Shown one piece after another: positions 48,903 through 59,376 of a stretch of 64,000 nt of DNA. The stretch is from a bacterium (GTDB taxonomy: Bacteria > UBA8248). Positions within the stretch are counted from its first letter, which is position 1. Each line of letters begins with the position of its first letter. The notes under the pieces are model-generated. The model did not search any database. It saw only the letters and a list, made by a program, of their open reading frames with translations, and was not told the origin of the DNA. The translations under genes and the position numbers were made by a program. Location: NCBI GenBank assembly GCA_965261085.1, contig OZ253442.1:1024001-1088000 (forward strand), written 5' to 3'.

Positions 48903-49378
48903 ATGGAGAGGGAACACACCTACGCAGCGCTCATCACCTGGACGGGAAACCAGGGTGAGGGCACGACCACCTACAAGGCGTACACGCGCGACTACAAGGT
49001 CGCCTGCGCGGGCAAACCGCCTATCATGGGCTCGGCCGATCCCGCCTACCTGGGCGATGCGGGCCGCCACAACCCGGAAGATTTGCTGGTGGCCGCGCTC
49101 TCGGCCTGCACATGCTCTGGTACCTGCACCTGTGCGCGGCCGGCAAGGTCGTCGTCACGGCCTATGAGGATGCCGCCGAGGGCGTCATGCGTACTCATCC
49201 AGACGGCTCGGGTGAGTTCACGGGCGTGAGCCTTAAGCCCCGCGTGACGATCACCCCGGAGAGCGACCCCGAGACGGCGGAGCCTCTGCACGAGAAGGCC
49301 AACGCCATGTGCTTCATCGCGCGCTCGGTCAACTTCGCGGTGAGTCATCGGGCGGAGATTGTGAAGGGGCAGGCATAG
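48903..49378 (+). pseudogene. OsmC-family protein with a 1-nt frameshift
   Basis: ...HNPEDLLVAALSAC then MLWYLHLCA...HEKANAMCFIARSV in another frame; TGC AC ATG at 49107-49114 lacks one base of the expected CAC (His) codon. Confidence 0.8.
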
Positions 49379-49550
49379 AATAATGCTGCGACGCTTTGGC
49401 CCCTACGGGGTTCGTTTATTTCTCGCCCTTCACCAGACCGCTCCGAGCCATGCTAAAATAACGGGCGGATTTTCTCCCGCTTGCCGGAACAACCCCGCCC
49501 GAGGAGGAAGGGGTTGTCCCGATTGAGGAGGGAGGGATTGCGCTTTTCGC

Positions 49551-49636
49551 GGAGGGATGGCCGAGCGGCCGAAGGCGGTGGTCTTGAAAACCACTGAGCG
49601 AAAGCTCCGGGGGTTCGAATCCCTCTCCCTCCGCCA
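49551..49636 (+). tRNA. tRNA-Ser (anticodon UGA)
   Basis: GGAGGGA/TCCCTCC acceptor stem, GTGGT-CT-TGA-AA-ACCAC, long variable arm, GGTTCGAATCC, 3' GCCA. Confidence 0.96.
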
Positions 49637-49669
49637 ATTTGATATGGGCGGGCCCGGTGGCCTGTCAAA

Positions 49670-49824
49670 TTTCTCGCAGCCGTTTAATACGGGCAGGGTT
49701 GGTGGACACACTAGTTTCTCGCAGCCGTTTCATACGGGCAGGGTCGGTGGACACACAAGTTTCTCGCAGCCGTTTCATACGGGCAGGGTCGGTGGACACA
49801 GCAGTTTTTCGCAGCCGTTTCATA
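49670..49824 (+). repeat. 45-bp tandem repeat (about 3.5 copies) downstream of tRNA-Ser
   Basis: TTTCTCGCAGCCGTTTCATACGGGCAGGGTCGGTGGACACACAAG units start at 49670, 49715, 49760 and 49805 (partial). Confidence 0.92.
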
Positions 49825-49881
49825 TGAACATACCCGGCGGGTGATTGAATTTCTCTCCACACGGAATCAGGAGAAAAGAGA

Positions 49882-51300
49882 ATGGACGCAACCGGCATCT
49901 GCGATCTCACCATTGCGGATTTATCGAAAAGAATCGGCGGCGGAGAGTTGTCGCCCGTCGAGGTGACCGAAGCTCATCTGGCGCGCATCGACGCGCTCAA
50001 CCCGGTGGTGAACGCCTTTACGACCGTGGCGCATGAGCGCGCGCGCGCCGAGGCGAAGATGGCTGAAGAAGAAATCGCTGCTGGCGGAATCAGAGGGCCG
50101 CTCCACGGCGTGCCCATCGGGGTGAAGGACATCATCGATACGGCGGGCGTGCGCACCACGCAGGGGTCCAGCTTTTTCCGCAATAACGTGCCGGCGGAAG
50201 ACGCCGAATGCGTCCGGCGGCTCCGCGAGGCGGGCGCCGTCATGATCGGCAAGTGCAACACGGCGGAATTCGCCGCCGAATCGGCGACCAAAAACCCTCA
50301 CCACGGGGCGTGCCGCAATCCCTGGGACGTCACCCGCGTGCCGGCGGGCTCGAGCGGCGGCTCGGGCGCTGCGGTCGCCGCGCGGATGGCGCCCGGTGCG
50401 CTCGGAACCGACACCGGGGGGTCGGTGCGTGGCCCGGCGGCGATTTGCGGCGTGGTCGGGCTGAAGCCCACCTACGGGCGAATCAGCCTGCGCGGCGTCT
50501 ATCCGAATGCGACCAGCCTCGATCACGTAGGACCCTTGACGCGGACGGTGCGTGATTGCGCGTTGCTGTTTCAGGCGCTCGCCGGTTACGACCCGGACGA
50601 TCCGTTCTCCGCCGATATGGAAGCGCCCGATTTTTCCGCCGACCTGGAAAAGGGCGTCCACGGCATGCGTTTCATGATCTCCTCCGATTTGATCGACGTC
50701 GAAATCGACGCGCCGATCGCAGAGGCGTTCGAGGCGGCGCTCGTCGCGCTGAGCGGGCTGGGTGCTGAAATCGAGGAAGTCTCCTGCCCCTTCGCGGGGG
50801 AGATCAACCCCCACCGCCGGGTCATCGCGGACGCGGAATTCTACCGCGTTCACGGCGAGCGTTATCATGAGAATCCGGAAGGCTACGGGGTCCGCTTGCA
50901 GCAACGAATCGCAAACGCCGAGAAAACCACGCTGGCAATGTATATCGATGCGATCAATAGCCGCAAGGCGCTGACGCGCTCGATGCTCGACCTCATGGCC
51001 CCTTATGACGCCATGCTCTCGCCCGGCTATCCATGTCTCGCAGCACCCGTCGAAACGACCATGGCGAGCGTGAACGGAAAGGAGATAGATTTCATCGGTC
51101 TCGCGCGAAACCTGACGGGCGTGCAGAATTTTCTCGGCTTTCCCGGCCTGATGGCGCCCACGGGCTTGGATTCGGCGCATGGACTGCCGATGGCGATTCA
51201 GATTACGACCCGCCCCGGCGATGAGGCCCGCGGCTTCCGGGTGGGCCACGCCTTTGAGCAGGCGACCCCCGAATGGAGAACGAGAAAACCGGCCTTGTAG
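49882..51300 (+). CDS. Amidase signature-family enzyme
   Basis: [32 protein letters not shown]. Confidence 0.93.
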   Translation: MDATGICDLTIADLSKRIGGGELSPVEVTEAHLARIDALNPVVNAFTTVAHERARAEAKMAEEEIAAGGIRGPLHGVPIGVKDIIDTAGVRTTQGSSFFRNNVPAEDAECVRRLREAGAVMIGKCNTAEFAAESATKNPHHGACRNPWDVTRVPAGSSGGSGAAVAARMAPGALGTDTGGSVRGPAAICGVVGLKPTYGRISLRGVYPNATSLDHVGPLTRTVRDCALLFQALAGYDPDDPFSADMEAPDFSADLEKGVHGMRFMISSDLIDVEIDAPIAEAFEAALVALSGLGAEIEEVSCPFAGEINPHRRVIADAEFYRVHGERYHENPEGYGVRLQQRIANAEKTTLAMYIDAINSRKALTRSMLDLMAPYDAMLSPGYPCLAAPVETTMASVNGKEIDFIGLARNLTGVQNFLGFPGLMAPTGLDSAHGLPMAIQITTRPGDEARGFRVGHAFEQATPEWRTRKPAL

Positions 51301-51673
51301 GGGTTGTTGAAAAAGCCCCCCTGACAAGGGGGGTTGGGGGTCGAACGCGACCGGGGAGGGAGCGTTCATGGCAAGGAAGGATGGGGGGGAGTCGGAGGGA
51401 ATAGTACTTTACCCGTCCCGCTCGCCCTCCCTCGGCTGGAAACCAACCCCCCTGGCCCCCCTTGTCAGGGGGGTAAAGGCCATGCGCCCGACGAGGGGGT
51501 GGAAGAAAAGCCCCCCTGAGAAGGGGGGTTGGGGGGTTACTCCCTTGACAAAGGCTTATTCAACAACCCCGAGGAGCGAGGATTTGTTTGCCGACCGACG
51601 AGGGAAGTATTACGTGCCAGGGTAGCGAATGCGCCGCAGGCATTTTCCTTTGAGGGGGTTTTTTAACAACCCC
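51300..51673. mobile_element. Composite MITE with IS1182-type ends
   Basis: GGGGTTGTTGAA at 51300, internal end TTCAACAACCCC at 51570, outer end TTTAACAACCCC at 51673; TTGTA duplication flanks 51300..51673; 51444-51570 homologous to the 42016 MITE. Confidence 0.75.
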
Positions 51674-51862
51674 TTGTAGGGTAGTACGCTCTCGTTCGCC
51701 TTGCGGGCGCAAGGTTTGACCCCATCTCGCAAACCTGCTCTAATAAATGGAAATGAACAATTAGAAGCAGCAGGGTAACCGCTTCGGAAAAATTCGCAGC
51801 GAACGAGTCCTCATCAGACTTGTTCTTGGGAAAATTCGTTCCACCATCAGGGAGAGGCAAAC

Positions 51863-52873
51863 ATGAAACTTTACGTGAAGTCGATTCTCGTGAGTCTGGT
51901 CATTGCCGGTATCGTGGCGTTCACGTCCCAGGCAGCCGTGGCGCAAAAATCCAACCTCATCTTCTACTCCTCGCTCACCACCGCCGCGCAGGCGACGCTG
52001 GTGAAGGGCATCGAAAAGAAATTCCCGGACATCAAGGTCCAATCCATCACCGCAGGCGGCGTCAGCTTGTATCAGCGTTTCGTGGCCGAGCGCAGCGTGG
52101 GCAAGGGCAAAATCGATCTGCTTCACTTCAGCTACACGCCGGGCTGGTATGACCTCGCCAAAAGAGGCTGGGTGAAGAACGTGACGCAACTCCCCGAAGC
52201 CAAGAAGTTCCCGGCCTGGGCCAAGGACGAAAAAGCTCAGTGGGTCGGGCTGCGCGCGCCGACTTTGCAGGTCATCTACAACACCGACAACGTGAAGCCC
52301 GGCGAGGCGCCGACGAGCTTTGCGGAATTGACGGGGCCGAAATGGAAGAACCGCCTCGTGCTGGTGGATCCGTTCCAGTCCGCGGGCCTGTGGGATTTCT
52401 TCTACGGCGCGAAAGGCTTTGGGGAGAAATACATCAAGGGCCTCCTCTACAACGGAGCCCTGGTGCAATCGCGCATGGGCGCCTCGAACGAGCGCGTCGC
52501 CACGGGTGAGCGCGACGTGACGATGGTATTCGAATACATCGCCATCCGGCGCATCAACAAGGGCGCCAAGATCAAGATCGCCAAGATGAAGGAAGGCACG
52601 CCGGTCATCCCGGCTTCGTTCGGCATGATCAAGGACGGCCCGAACCCGAAAAACGCGGAGAGGGTGTATCGCTGGATACTTTCGAAGGAAGGCCAGACGG
52701 TCATCACCCAGAACGTGAAGATCAACTCCGCGCGTACGGACGTGCCGCACGTGAAAGGCATTCCCTATCCCTTCACGCCGCTGTATGCGGACTGGGAGAA
52801 AGTCGCCAACGAACAGAAAAAATATCGCGCCTTCATGACGAAGCACATTCGTGAAGCGAAGAGAAAGAAATAA
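51863..52873 (+). CDS. ABC transporter substrate-binding protein (Fe3+/AfuA-like)
   Basis: Signal peptide, IYNT..V...EAPTSFAELT.PKWK, PNP.NA...WILSKEGQ. Confidence 0.85.
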   Translation: MKLYVKSILVSLVIAGIVAFTSQAAVAQKSNLIFYSSLTTAAQATLVKGIEKKFPDIKVQSITAGGVSLYQRFVAERSVGKGKIDLLHFSYTPGWYDLAKRGWVKNVTQLPEAKKFPAWAKDEKAQWVGLRAPTLQVIYNTDNVKPGEAPTSFAELTGPKWKNRLVLVDPFQSAGLWDFFYGAKGFGEKYIKGLLYNGALVQSRMGASNERVATGERDVTMVFEYIAIRRINKGAKIKIAKMKEGTPVIPASFGMIKDGPNPKNAERVYRWILSKEGQTVITQNVKINSARTDVPHVKGIPYPFTPLYADWEKVANEQKKYRAFMTKHIREAKRKK

Positions 52874-52899
52874 CCGGCTTCGTCGGTCGATGACCTGAG

Positions 52900-54615
52900 A
52901 TGCGTCCCCGTTCGTTAGCCATGTTCAGGATTCCGAGCACCGTTCGGCTACTCGAATGGGGATGTCTTCTCGTCATCGGCTTCGTGGTGCTGTACCCGCT
53001 GTTCTGGCTTGTGCTGGGCAGCTTCAGGCCTGACCCGATGAGTTCGGACTTCACCCTCGACGCCTACTTCGCCATATTCGAAGCGGAGTACATGGGCGAG
53101 GTGCTGTGGAACACCGCCGTCATGTCGACCGGCGTCACGAGTTTGGCCGTCCTGATCGGCGTTCCGCTCGCCTGGATCGTCGGACGCACCGATACGCCGT
53201 TCAGAAACTACATCAACATGGTCGCGATTTTGCCCTTCATCATGCCGCCCATTGTGGTGGCGGTGGCCTGGGCCTATCTCGGTACGCCGCGCGTCGGTTT
53301 CGTCAACTTGTTCTGGAAGTGGATAGTCGGCACCAAGGAGCCGCTGTTCGACATCTTCACCATGGGCGGGCTCATCTTCGTGATGGCCCTCTCCCTGGCG
53401 CCGTATGTTTTCATCTTCACGGTCACGGCGTTCAAGAACATGGACCCGACGCTGGAGAATGCCGCCCACGTGAGCGGCGCGAACCAGTGGAAAACGACGC
53501 TCCGGATTACGCTGCCCATGGCGGCGCCGGCCATATTGTCCGGCGCGCTGCTGACGTTCATCCAGTCGCTGGAGGTTTTCGCCATACCGGCGACCATCGG
53601 CGTCTCGGGCGGCATATACGTGTTCTCGACCCAGCTTTGGCGCATGATGCTCGGCATCCCGCCGAACTTCTCCCATGCCGCCGCCATGTCTATTCCCATC
53701 CTGCTGGTTTGCGGGCTGGCGCTTTGGGGACAGACCAGGGCGCTGGGGCGAAGCGCCAGATACACCACGGTGGCAGGCAAGAGCTTTAGGCCAAGGCTCG
53801 TGGAGTTGGGTCCCTGGAAATACGTCGCGCTGGGCTTCGCCGCCGCCTACCTTCTGGTGTCGGCGATTCTCCCGGTGCTGACGCTGATCTACGGCACTTT
53901 CATCTCCAACCGCGGACGCCCGCCGACCCTGGAATTCCTCACGCTGGGCCACATCCATGAGATCATCACCGGTGATGGAGGCGCGGTCATCCTCCGGTCC
54001 ATCCAGAACAGCCTGTTCCTGAGTTTTCTGGGCGCTACGATCGGTATCGCGCTCTCCGCCGTCGTCGCCTATTTCGTGGTCCGCAGCACCTGGCGGGGCC
54101 GGGGAACGCTCGATTTTCTGGCCCTCATTCCGGTGGCGATTCCGGGCTCGGTCATCGCCATCGCCATGCTCTGGGCGTATATCCGCCAACCGTTCGACCT
54201 GTATCACACGCTGTGGATCATCCTCATCGCCTACATCACGCGTTTTCTGCCCTTCGGCGTGCGGGCGGTATCCAATTCCATCACGCAAATCCATGAGGAG
54301 TTGGAGCGAGCCGCCGCCGTGAGCGGCGCGAACTGGGGCGTCGTCTTCTGGAAAATCCTGGTGCCCCTGGCCATGCCGGGCATCGTCGCCGGCTGGGTTA
54401 TTCTTTTCGTATCGATGATGCGCGAACTATCGGCCTCGATCATGTTGTTCAGCTCCAACAAGGAGGTGATCGGCACGATCCTCATCCAGCTCTATGACGA
54501 GGGGCTCTTCTCGCATGTGTGCATTCTTTCGCTCATCATCGTCATCTTGTCGCTGGGTTCGGTGGCCTTGGTGCGCTGGCTCACGAAACAAAAAGACGTG
54601 GAGGGCCTCACCTGA
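52900..54615 (+). CDS. ABC transporter permease (FbpB-like, duplicated)
   Basis: Two EAA-type loops (LENAAHVSGA, LERAAAVSGA), many transmembrane segments. Confidence 0.9.
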   Translation: MRPRSLAMFRIPSTVRLLEWGCLLVIGFVVLYPLFWLVLGSFRPDPMSSDFTLDAYFAIFEAEYMGEVLWNTAVMSTGVTSLAVLIGVPLAWIVGRTDTPFRNYINMVAILPFIMPPIVVAVAWAYLGTPRVGFVNLFWKWIVGTKEPLFDIFTMGGLIFVMALSLAPYVFIFTVTAFKNMDPTLENAAHVSGANQWKTTLRITLPMAAPAILSGALLTFIQSLEVFAIPATIGVSGGIYVFSTQLWRMMLGIPPNFSHAAAMSIPILLVCGLALWGQTRALGRSARYTTVAGKSFRPRLVELGPWKYVALGFAAAYLLVSAILPVLTLIYGTFISNRGRPPTLEFLTLGHIHEIITGDGGAVILRSIQNSLFLSFLGATIGIALSAVVAYFVVRSTWRGRGTLDFLALIPVAIPGSVIAIAMLWAYIRQPFDLYHTLWIILIAYITRFLPFGVRAVSNSITQIHEELERAAAVSGANWGVVFWKILVPLAMPGIVAGWVILFVSMMRELSASIMLFSSNKEVIGTILIQLYDEGLFSHVCILSLIIVILSLGSVALVRWLTKQKDVEGLT

Positions 54616-55709
54616 TGCAAAACGTGCGGGTCGAGAAACTGGTCAAAAGATTCGGCGAGGTGATCGCCGTCGACGGGGTTTCGTTCGAAGTGCCCAAGGG
54701 CAAGCTGCTGACCCTGCTGGGACCGAGCGGCTGCGGCAAGACGACCACCTTGAACATCATCGCCGGTTTCGAAACCCCCGACGGCGGCGACGTCCACGTC
54801 GGCGAGAGGCTCATCTCGAGCGCCACTGAAAACGTGCTGGTTCCCGCTCACAAGCGAAACCTCGGCATGGTGTTTCAATCCTACGGGCTCTGGCCGCATT
54901 TGAGGGTGCGCGACAACGTCGCCTTCGGCCTGCAGATGAGGAAAACCCCTAGAAACGAAATCGCAGGCGCCGTGGAGCGCGCCTTGGGGATGGTGCGGCT
55001 CGACGGCCTGGGGGAGCGCTACCCCTCGCAGCTCTCGGGCGGCCAGCAGCAGCGCGTCGCCTTCGCCCGCGCGCTGGTGTATGAGCCCGACGTGTTGCTT
55101 CTCGACGAACCACTCTCCAACCTCGATGCGGCGCTGCGCGAGGAGATGCGCCTGGAGCTCAAGGAACTGCAAACCGAATCCGGCATCACCACCATATTCG
55201 TCACCCACGATCAGGTCGAAGCCATGGTGATGAGCGACATCATCGTGGTGATGAACCACGGACGCATCGAGCAGATGGGCTCGCCGAGCGACATCTACCA
55301 GAACCCCGCCAATCAGTTCGTCGCCGGTTTCGTCGGCATCTCGAACTTCCTGGAAGGCGAGGTCGTCGCCGCAGGTGTGGGCGAGGAGCGGACTGCGGTG
55401 AGGGTCGGCGACATGACGCTGTTCTGCAGGAGCACCGGCGTGTCGGAAGGTTCGAAAGTGCTGCTGTCGATCCGGCCCGAGGATTGCGTCGCAAGCCTGG
55501 ACGCGCCTCCGGAAGGAACCCCGAACCTCATCAGGTGCAGCGTTGATAAGGCGGTATACATGGGTGGCGTGCTGGAGCTTTGGCTGAGCGCCGGAGACCA
55601 GAAAATCCGCGTGCATGGACACCGCTTGCCGATACTCGACTCGGGGGCGAGTGTTTACGTCTCCATCGAACCCGAATCAATCAACGCGGTTGAAAACAAG
55701 CCTTCATGA
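54615..55709 (+). CDS. ABC transporter ATP-binding protein (FbpC/PotA-like)
   Basis: GPSGCGKT, LSGGQQQR, LLLDEP; ATG overlaps the permease stop. Confidence 0.93.
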   Translation: MQNVRVEKLVKRFGEVIAVDGVSFEVPKGKLLTLLGPSGCGKTTTLNIIAGFETPDGGDVHVGERLISSATENVLVPAHKRNLGMVFQSYGLWPHLRVRDNVAFGLQMRKTPRNEIAGAVERALGMVRLDGLGERYPSQLSGGQQQRVAFARALVYEPDVLLLDEPLSNLDAALREEMRLELKELQTESGITTIFVTHDQVEAMVMSDIIVVMNHGRIEQMGSPSDIYQNPANQFVAGFVGISNFLEGEVVAAGVGEERTAVRVGDMTLFCRSTGVSEGSKVLLSIRPEDCVASLDAPPEGTPNLIRCSVDKAVYMGGVLELWLSAGDQKIRVHGHRLPILDSGASVYVSIEPESINAVENKPS

Positions 55710-56042
55710 CAAAGGAATAGGGGGCGGATCACCGGCCCCCCCCGGAGCCTTTGACCTAAACGGGTCACCTTATTCCGTCATCGCCTTCATCCTGGTTGAC
55801 TTAAGCGCTAGTACACGGCGTTCAAAGGAGCGCACCCTCGGAAACTGCTTCACGCCGGAACTTCTCGACGCGGGCGCTGACCACATCTCCCTCGGCGCAA
55901 CGATGGAACCGACCTCGCCGAGGAACGTGGCATGGCGATTTGACGCTATACTTAATCAGGCTCTTCTAGCAAAATATGGTCATTATACGAAGTCCAACGA
56001 AACGACGACCGATGGGAGCGGTCGAATGGACCGGAAGGCGAC

Positions 56043-58559
56043 ATGGTGATTGCAAGACGGGAAAAGGACCGTGACGGGGCCGGGATGAGCGGACGACTTG
56101 AGGGCAGGTGTGGCGTCCGCTCCGCGTTTGCGCTGAATCGAACCTCGGTTTGCGCCATTCTGCTTTCTGCGATGCTTGTCCTGACCAACTGCGGCGGCGG
56201 GGGCGGCGGAGGCGGCGGAGCAAGGGTGCAACCGCAAGCCGCGGTGATGCCCGAAACCCAGCAGCCGCAACAGCCGCCGCCTGCCTGCCCGCCGGGTCAA
56301 GTCGGGACGCCCCCGAACTGCACCACTCCGCCGCCACCACCACCGCCGCCGCCACCACCACCGCCGCCGCCGCCGGAAAAGTGCATCCCGCTCCACGGCG
56401 GGACTTGCGCCTCAATCGGAGACTTCAATACCCAGGCGGCGTTGCTTGCCGGGGATTACAGCCTCGAGGACCCCTTCAAGAACCAGTGGGGCTTGGAGAC
56501 CATCGGCGCAGATTCGGCCTACGCCTACGTCAACCTGCTCAAGGGTGAAAACACCGCGCCGGGCTCCGGGGTGACCATCGGCTTCATGGACACGGGTATC
56601 GACACGTCACACCTGATGTTCGAGGGGAAGACGGTTACGGAAGTGTTCATGAGCGGCGCCACGGACGAGACGGGTCTGCCGCGGTTTTCTCACGGCACGG
56701 CCGTCGCGAGCGTCGCCGCAGGCGTTCACGTAACCTCTAACTCCACCTCGCCGCAAGGCGTCGCGTGGGGCGCCGACATCGCCATGTTTGCGATTCCCAC
56801 AGGAACCGGAGGCGGCAACTACAGACCCATCTCTCTCGCGGGCCTGTCCGGCCAAAGCGCCTCATGGGCGCGAGATATCAATGAGGTCCTGGCGTGGCGA
56901 AACGGTCAAAAGCGCGTCGATATCCTGAACCTGAGCATCGGTTACTCTGGCATCATCGACAGCTACAGCGAAGCCGACCTCCGCGCCAACTTCGCACGGG
57001 CGATCACCGCGATGGCGCAGGCGGGAGCGAGCGAGAAGGCGATTCTCGTCTGGTCGGCCGGCAACGCCCACGGCGACCCGTGCGATCCGGCCGTCATGAC
57101 GAGCAACTGCGTTGGAGGCACGGTGGATCCCCCTGTTCTCGGTACCGTCGACGCCGTATCGGTCGAGGTGATGCCGGGCCTCGCCGCGCGCATCGCGGAG
57201 CTTAGAGGACATACCATCGCCGTCGCGGCGCTCAGACCGGGCAATAAGAGGATCACCGGCTTTTCGAATCGCTGCGGCATCGCGGCGAATTATTGCATCG
57301 CGGCGCCCGGAAAAACTGTTAGGGCCGCCTATTTCGGGCCCGACCCAAATGACGACACCAAAGTTGTCCGGGGTATCGCCCAGAGCTTACGCGGAACGTC
57401 CTTTGCCGCGCCGATGGTGGCAGGCGGGCTTGCTATCATGAAGCAGCTCTTCCGGGATCAGCTCTCGAACACGGAACTGGTCACCCGCCTCTTAGAAACC
57501 GCCGACGATACCGGCGTGTATTCGAACAGCGCCATATACGGCCGGGGCAAGCTCGACCTCGCCGCCGCCACGCACCCCGTGGGCGTTCTGGAGGTCCCGG
57601 TCGTCACGAACACGAGCCAGGCCGGGAACACTCTGCGCGCCACGCGCCTGAGTCTCGGAGCCCCGTTCGGAAACGGGCTCGCCCGCTCGGTCGCGAACCA
57701 TGAAATCATGGCCGTAGACGATCTGGGCGCGCCGTTCTGGTACACGCTGGGAAATTTTGTAACGGCTGCGAAGGGCCCGCCGGTGGACGCGCGGGTCCGG
57801 GGTTTTCTCGCGGGTGCGACTGGCGGCGCTTTACAGGGTTCCGGGGTGAGAATTCAGAATACATCGGCGGGAGCCGACGGCGGACACTTCTCGCTGGCCG
57901 AAGGCGGGATGATGGCGACCTTCACGGGCCGGGCGGGTCTTTCCGCCTCTCTCTTCGGGACCCACGAGGAACACGACGCGGTGGGCGCGACGCTGAACTG
58001 GCGGCAGGAAGGCTCACCGCTCGGCCTCCGCCTCGGGTGGATAACCGAGGATGAGACCATTCTCGGAGGCGAAGGCCAAGGGGCTTTCGGGTCGCTGGCG
58101 GCGGATACCGCCTTCATCCGCTTCGAGGGAGATGTAAGACTCGGCGCGTGGCGGCTCGGAGCCAGCGCGGAATGGGGAAACGTGCGCCCGAAAGCCCGAG
58201 GCGGGCTCATCGAGGAGGTATCGTCCATGACGACCAGCGCGTTCTCCCTGCACGCGCGCGCCTCCCTCACGCATACGGACGTGGTGCGCTTCTCCCTGGC
58301 GCAGCCCTTGCGCGTCGAGGACGGCCAGGCGTCGCTGACGCTGCCGGTGGCGCGAACCAAGTACGGGCGGGTGTTGCGCACATCGCTCGCCTCGCCCCTT
58401 GCGCCCGATGAGCGGCAGATCGACGTCGCCGCGAACTGGGAGAGGCCACTGGCGGATGGACAGCTTCGCCTTGGCGTCATCTGGAGCCACTACCCCGGCC
58501 ACAGCGGGGACGCCGAACCGCAACTCACGTTCCTCGCCGGCTGGCGGCGGAAGTTTTGA
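56043..58559 (+). CDS. S8 subtilase lipoprotein with proline-rich linker and putative beta-barrel C-terminus
   Basis: LTNC-GGGGG lipobox, poly-Pro, catalytic triad motifs DTGID / HGT / GTSFAAP, terminal Phe; start uncertain. Confidence 0.85.
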   Translation: MVIARREKDRDGAGMSGRLEGRCGVRSAFALNRTSVCAILLSAMLVLTNCGGGGGGGGGARVQPQAAVMPETQQPQQPPPACPPGQVGTPPNCTTPPPPPPPPPPPPPPPPEKCIPLHGGTCASIGDFNTQAALLAGDYSLEDPFKNQWGLETIGADSAYAYVNLLKGENTAPGSGVTIGFMDTGIDTSHLMFEGKTVTEVFMSGATDETGLPRFSHGTAVASVAAGVHVTSNSTSPQGVAWGADIAMFAIPTGTGGGNYRPISLAGLSGQSASWARDINEVLAWRNGQKRVDILNLSIGYSGIIDSYSEADLRANFARAITAMAQAGASEKAILVWSAGNAHGDPCDPAVMTSNCVGGTVDPPVLGTVDAVSVEVMPGLAARIAELRGHTIAVAALRPGNKRITGFSNRCGIAANYCIAAPGKTVRAAYFGPDPNDDTKVVRGIAQSLRGTSFAAPMVAGGLAIMKQLFRDQLSNTELVTRLLETADDTGVYSNSAIYGRGKLDLAAATHPVGVLEVPVVTNTSQAGNTLRATRLSLGAPFGNGLARSVANHEIMAVDDLGAPFWYTLGNFVTAAKGPPVDARVRGFLAGATGGALQGSGVRIQNTSAGADGGHFSLAEGGMMATFTGRAGLSASLFGTHEEHDAVGATLNWRQEGSPLGLRLGWITEDETILGGEGQGAFGSLAADTAFIRFEGDVRLGAWRLGASAEWGNVRPKARGGLIEEVSSMTTSAFSLHARASLTHTDVVRFSLAQPLRVEDGQASLTLPVARTKYGRVLRTSLASPLAPDERQIDVAANWERPLADGQLRLGVIWSHYPGHSGDAEPQLTFLAGWRRKF

Positions 58560-58750
58560 GCGGCGTCACCTGAAACTGAAAATCGTCGAAGAAAAGCAGG
58601 TACGGGAGTAATGAGGCTTCGCCCCGTGCGAATCCTTGCGCGGCGCTGCGTGTCGAATCTTCCTCGCGCAATTACAGCAGCCGGGCGATGATTTCCCGCA
58701 ATGAGGATAGCCACCACCCCTTCTTGTGGTATAGAATAGCGGCCCCTCGT

Positions 58751-58842
58751 GGAGAGATGGCCGAGTGGCTGAAGGCGCTCGCCTGCTAAGCGAGTAGGCT
58801 GGGAAACTGGCCTCGAGGGTTCGAATCCCTCTCTCTCCGCCA
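58751..58842 (+). tRNA. tRNA-Ser (anticodon GCU)
   Basis: GGAGAGA/TCTCTCC acceptor stem, CTCGC-CT-GCT-AA-GCGAG, long variable arm, GGTTCGAATCC, 3' GCCA. Confidence 0.96.
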
Positions 58843-58960
58843 TATGCAAGCCCGCCTTCTGGCAAACTAACTCCCGGCACATCACTGGCGCCGCCTTGTT
58901 CCTCCCGGTGGTTCGGATGAAGACGATGTTCAGCTCGGAACCGGCAAGAGGGAGAGTACA

Positions 58961-59245
58961 ATGCGGCGCAACTTCTTTCGCCTGAACGCGACCCGGCGGC
59001 TTCCTGTCCCGCTTGACGCCGCCTGGGAATTTTTCTCGAATCCGCAGAACCTGAAGGAAATCACGCCGCCCGAGCTTCACCTCGTCGTGGAGAACGAGTT
59101 GCCTTCAAGGATGCACCCCGGCGCCCTCATCTGCTACCGGGTGAAGCCCTTTCTTGGGATTCCGGTCCACTGGGTCACGGAGATCACGCACGTGGAGGAG
59201 GGCCGCCTCTTCGTGGACGAACAGCGCTTCGGCCGGATGACTTGA
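58961..59245 (+). pseudogene. Truncated SRPBCC-family protein
   Basis: AWEFFSNPQNL.EITPP...WVTEIT.V....FVDEQRFG then an abrupt end; the usual PY..W.H.H half is absent. Confidence 0.7.
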
Positions 59246-59376
59246 ATTGCCCCATTCTATAGACTTAGAGCACAACACACTATAAAACACGAAACGCCCG
59301 GCTGGATTCGTCTGGCCCGAGCCGCCCGGGGCAATGGGAAAACGCAACATTTCACGCAGCAACCCGGAGATACGCA

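Noticed and set aside
49551-49636. Possible tRNA-Sec, given the TGA in the anticodon loop
   Set aside because: Anticodon UGA reads UCA (Ser); tRNA-Sec needs anticodon UCA and a longer acceptor stem. No selC is visible in this window.
49670-49824. CRISPR array
   Set aside because: Units are contiguous with no unique spacers, and there are no cas genes in the window.
1798-54294. Long antisense or alternate-frame ORFs (e.g. 1798..3036, 8519..9643, 44136..45581, 49921..51369, 52948..54294)
   Set aside because: Shadow ORFs typical of high-GC coding DNA; they overlap well-supported genes and show no family motifs.
59243-59245. Sec readthrough at the TGA ending the SRPBCC ORF
   Set aside because: Similarity is lost before the stop, this is not a Cys position, and the downstream frame does not resume the family pattern.
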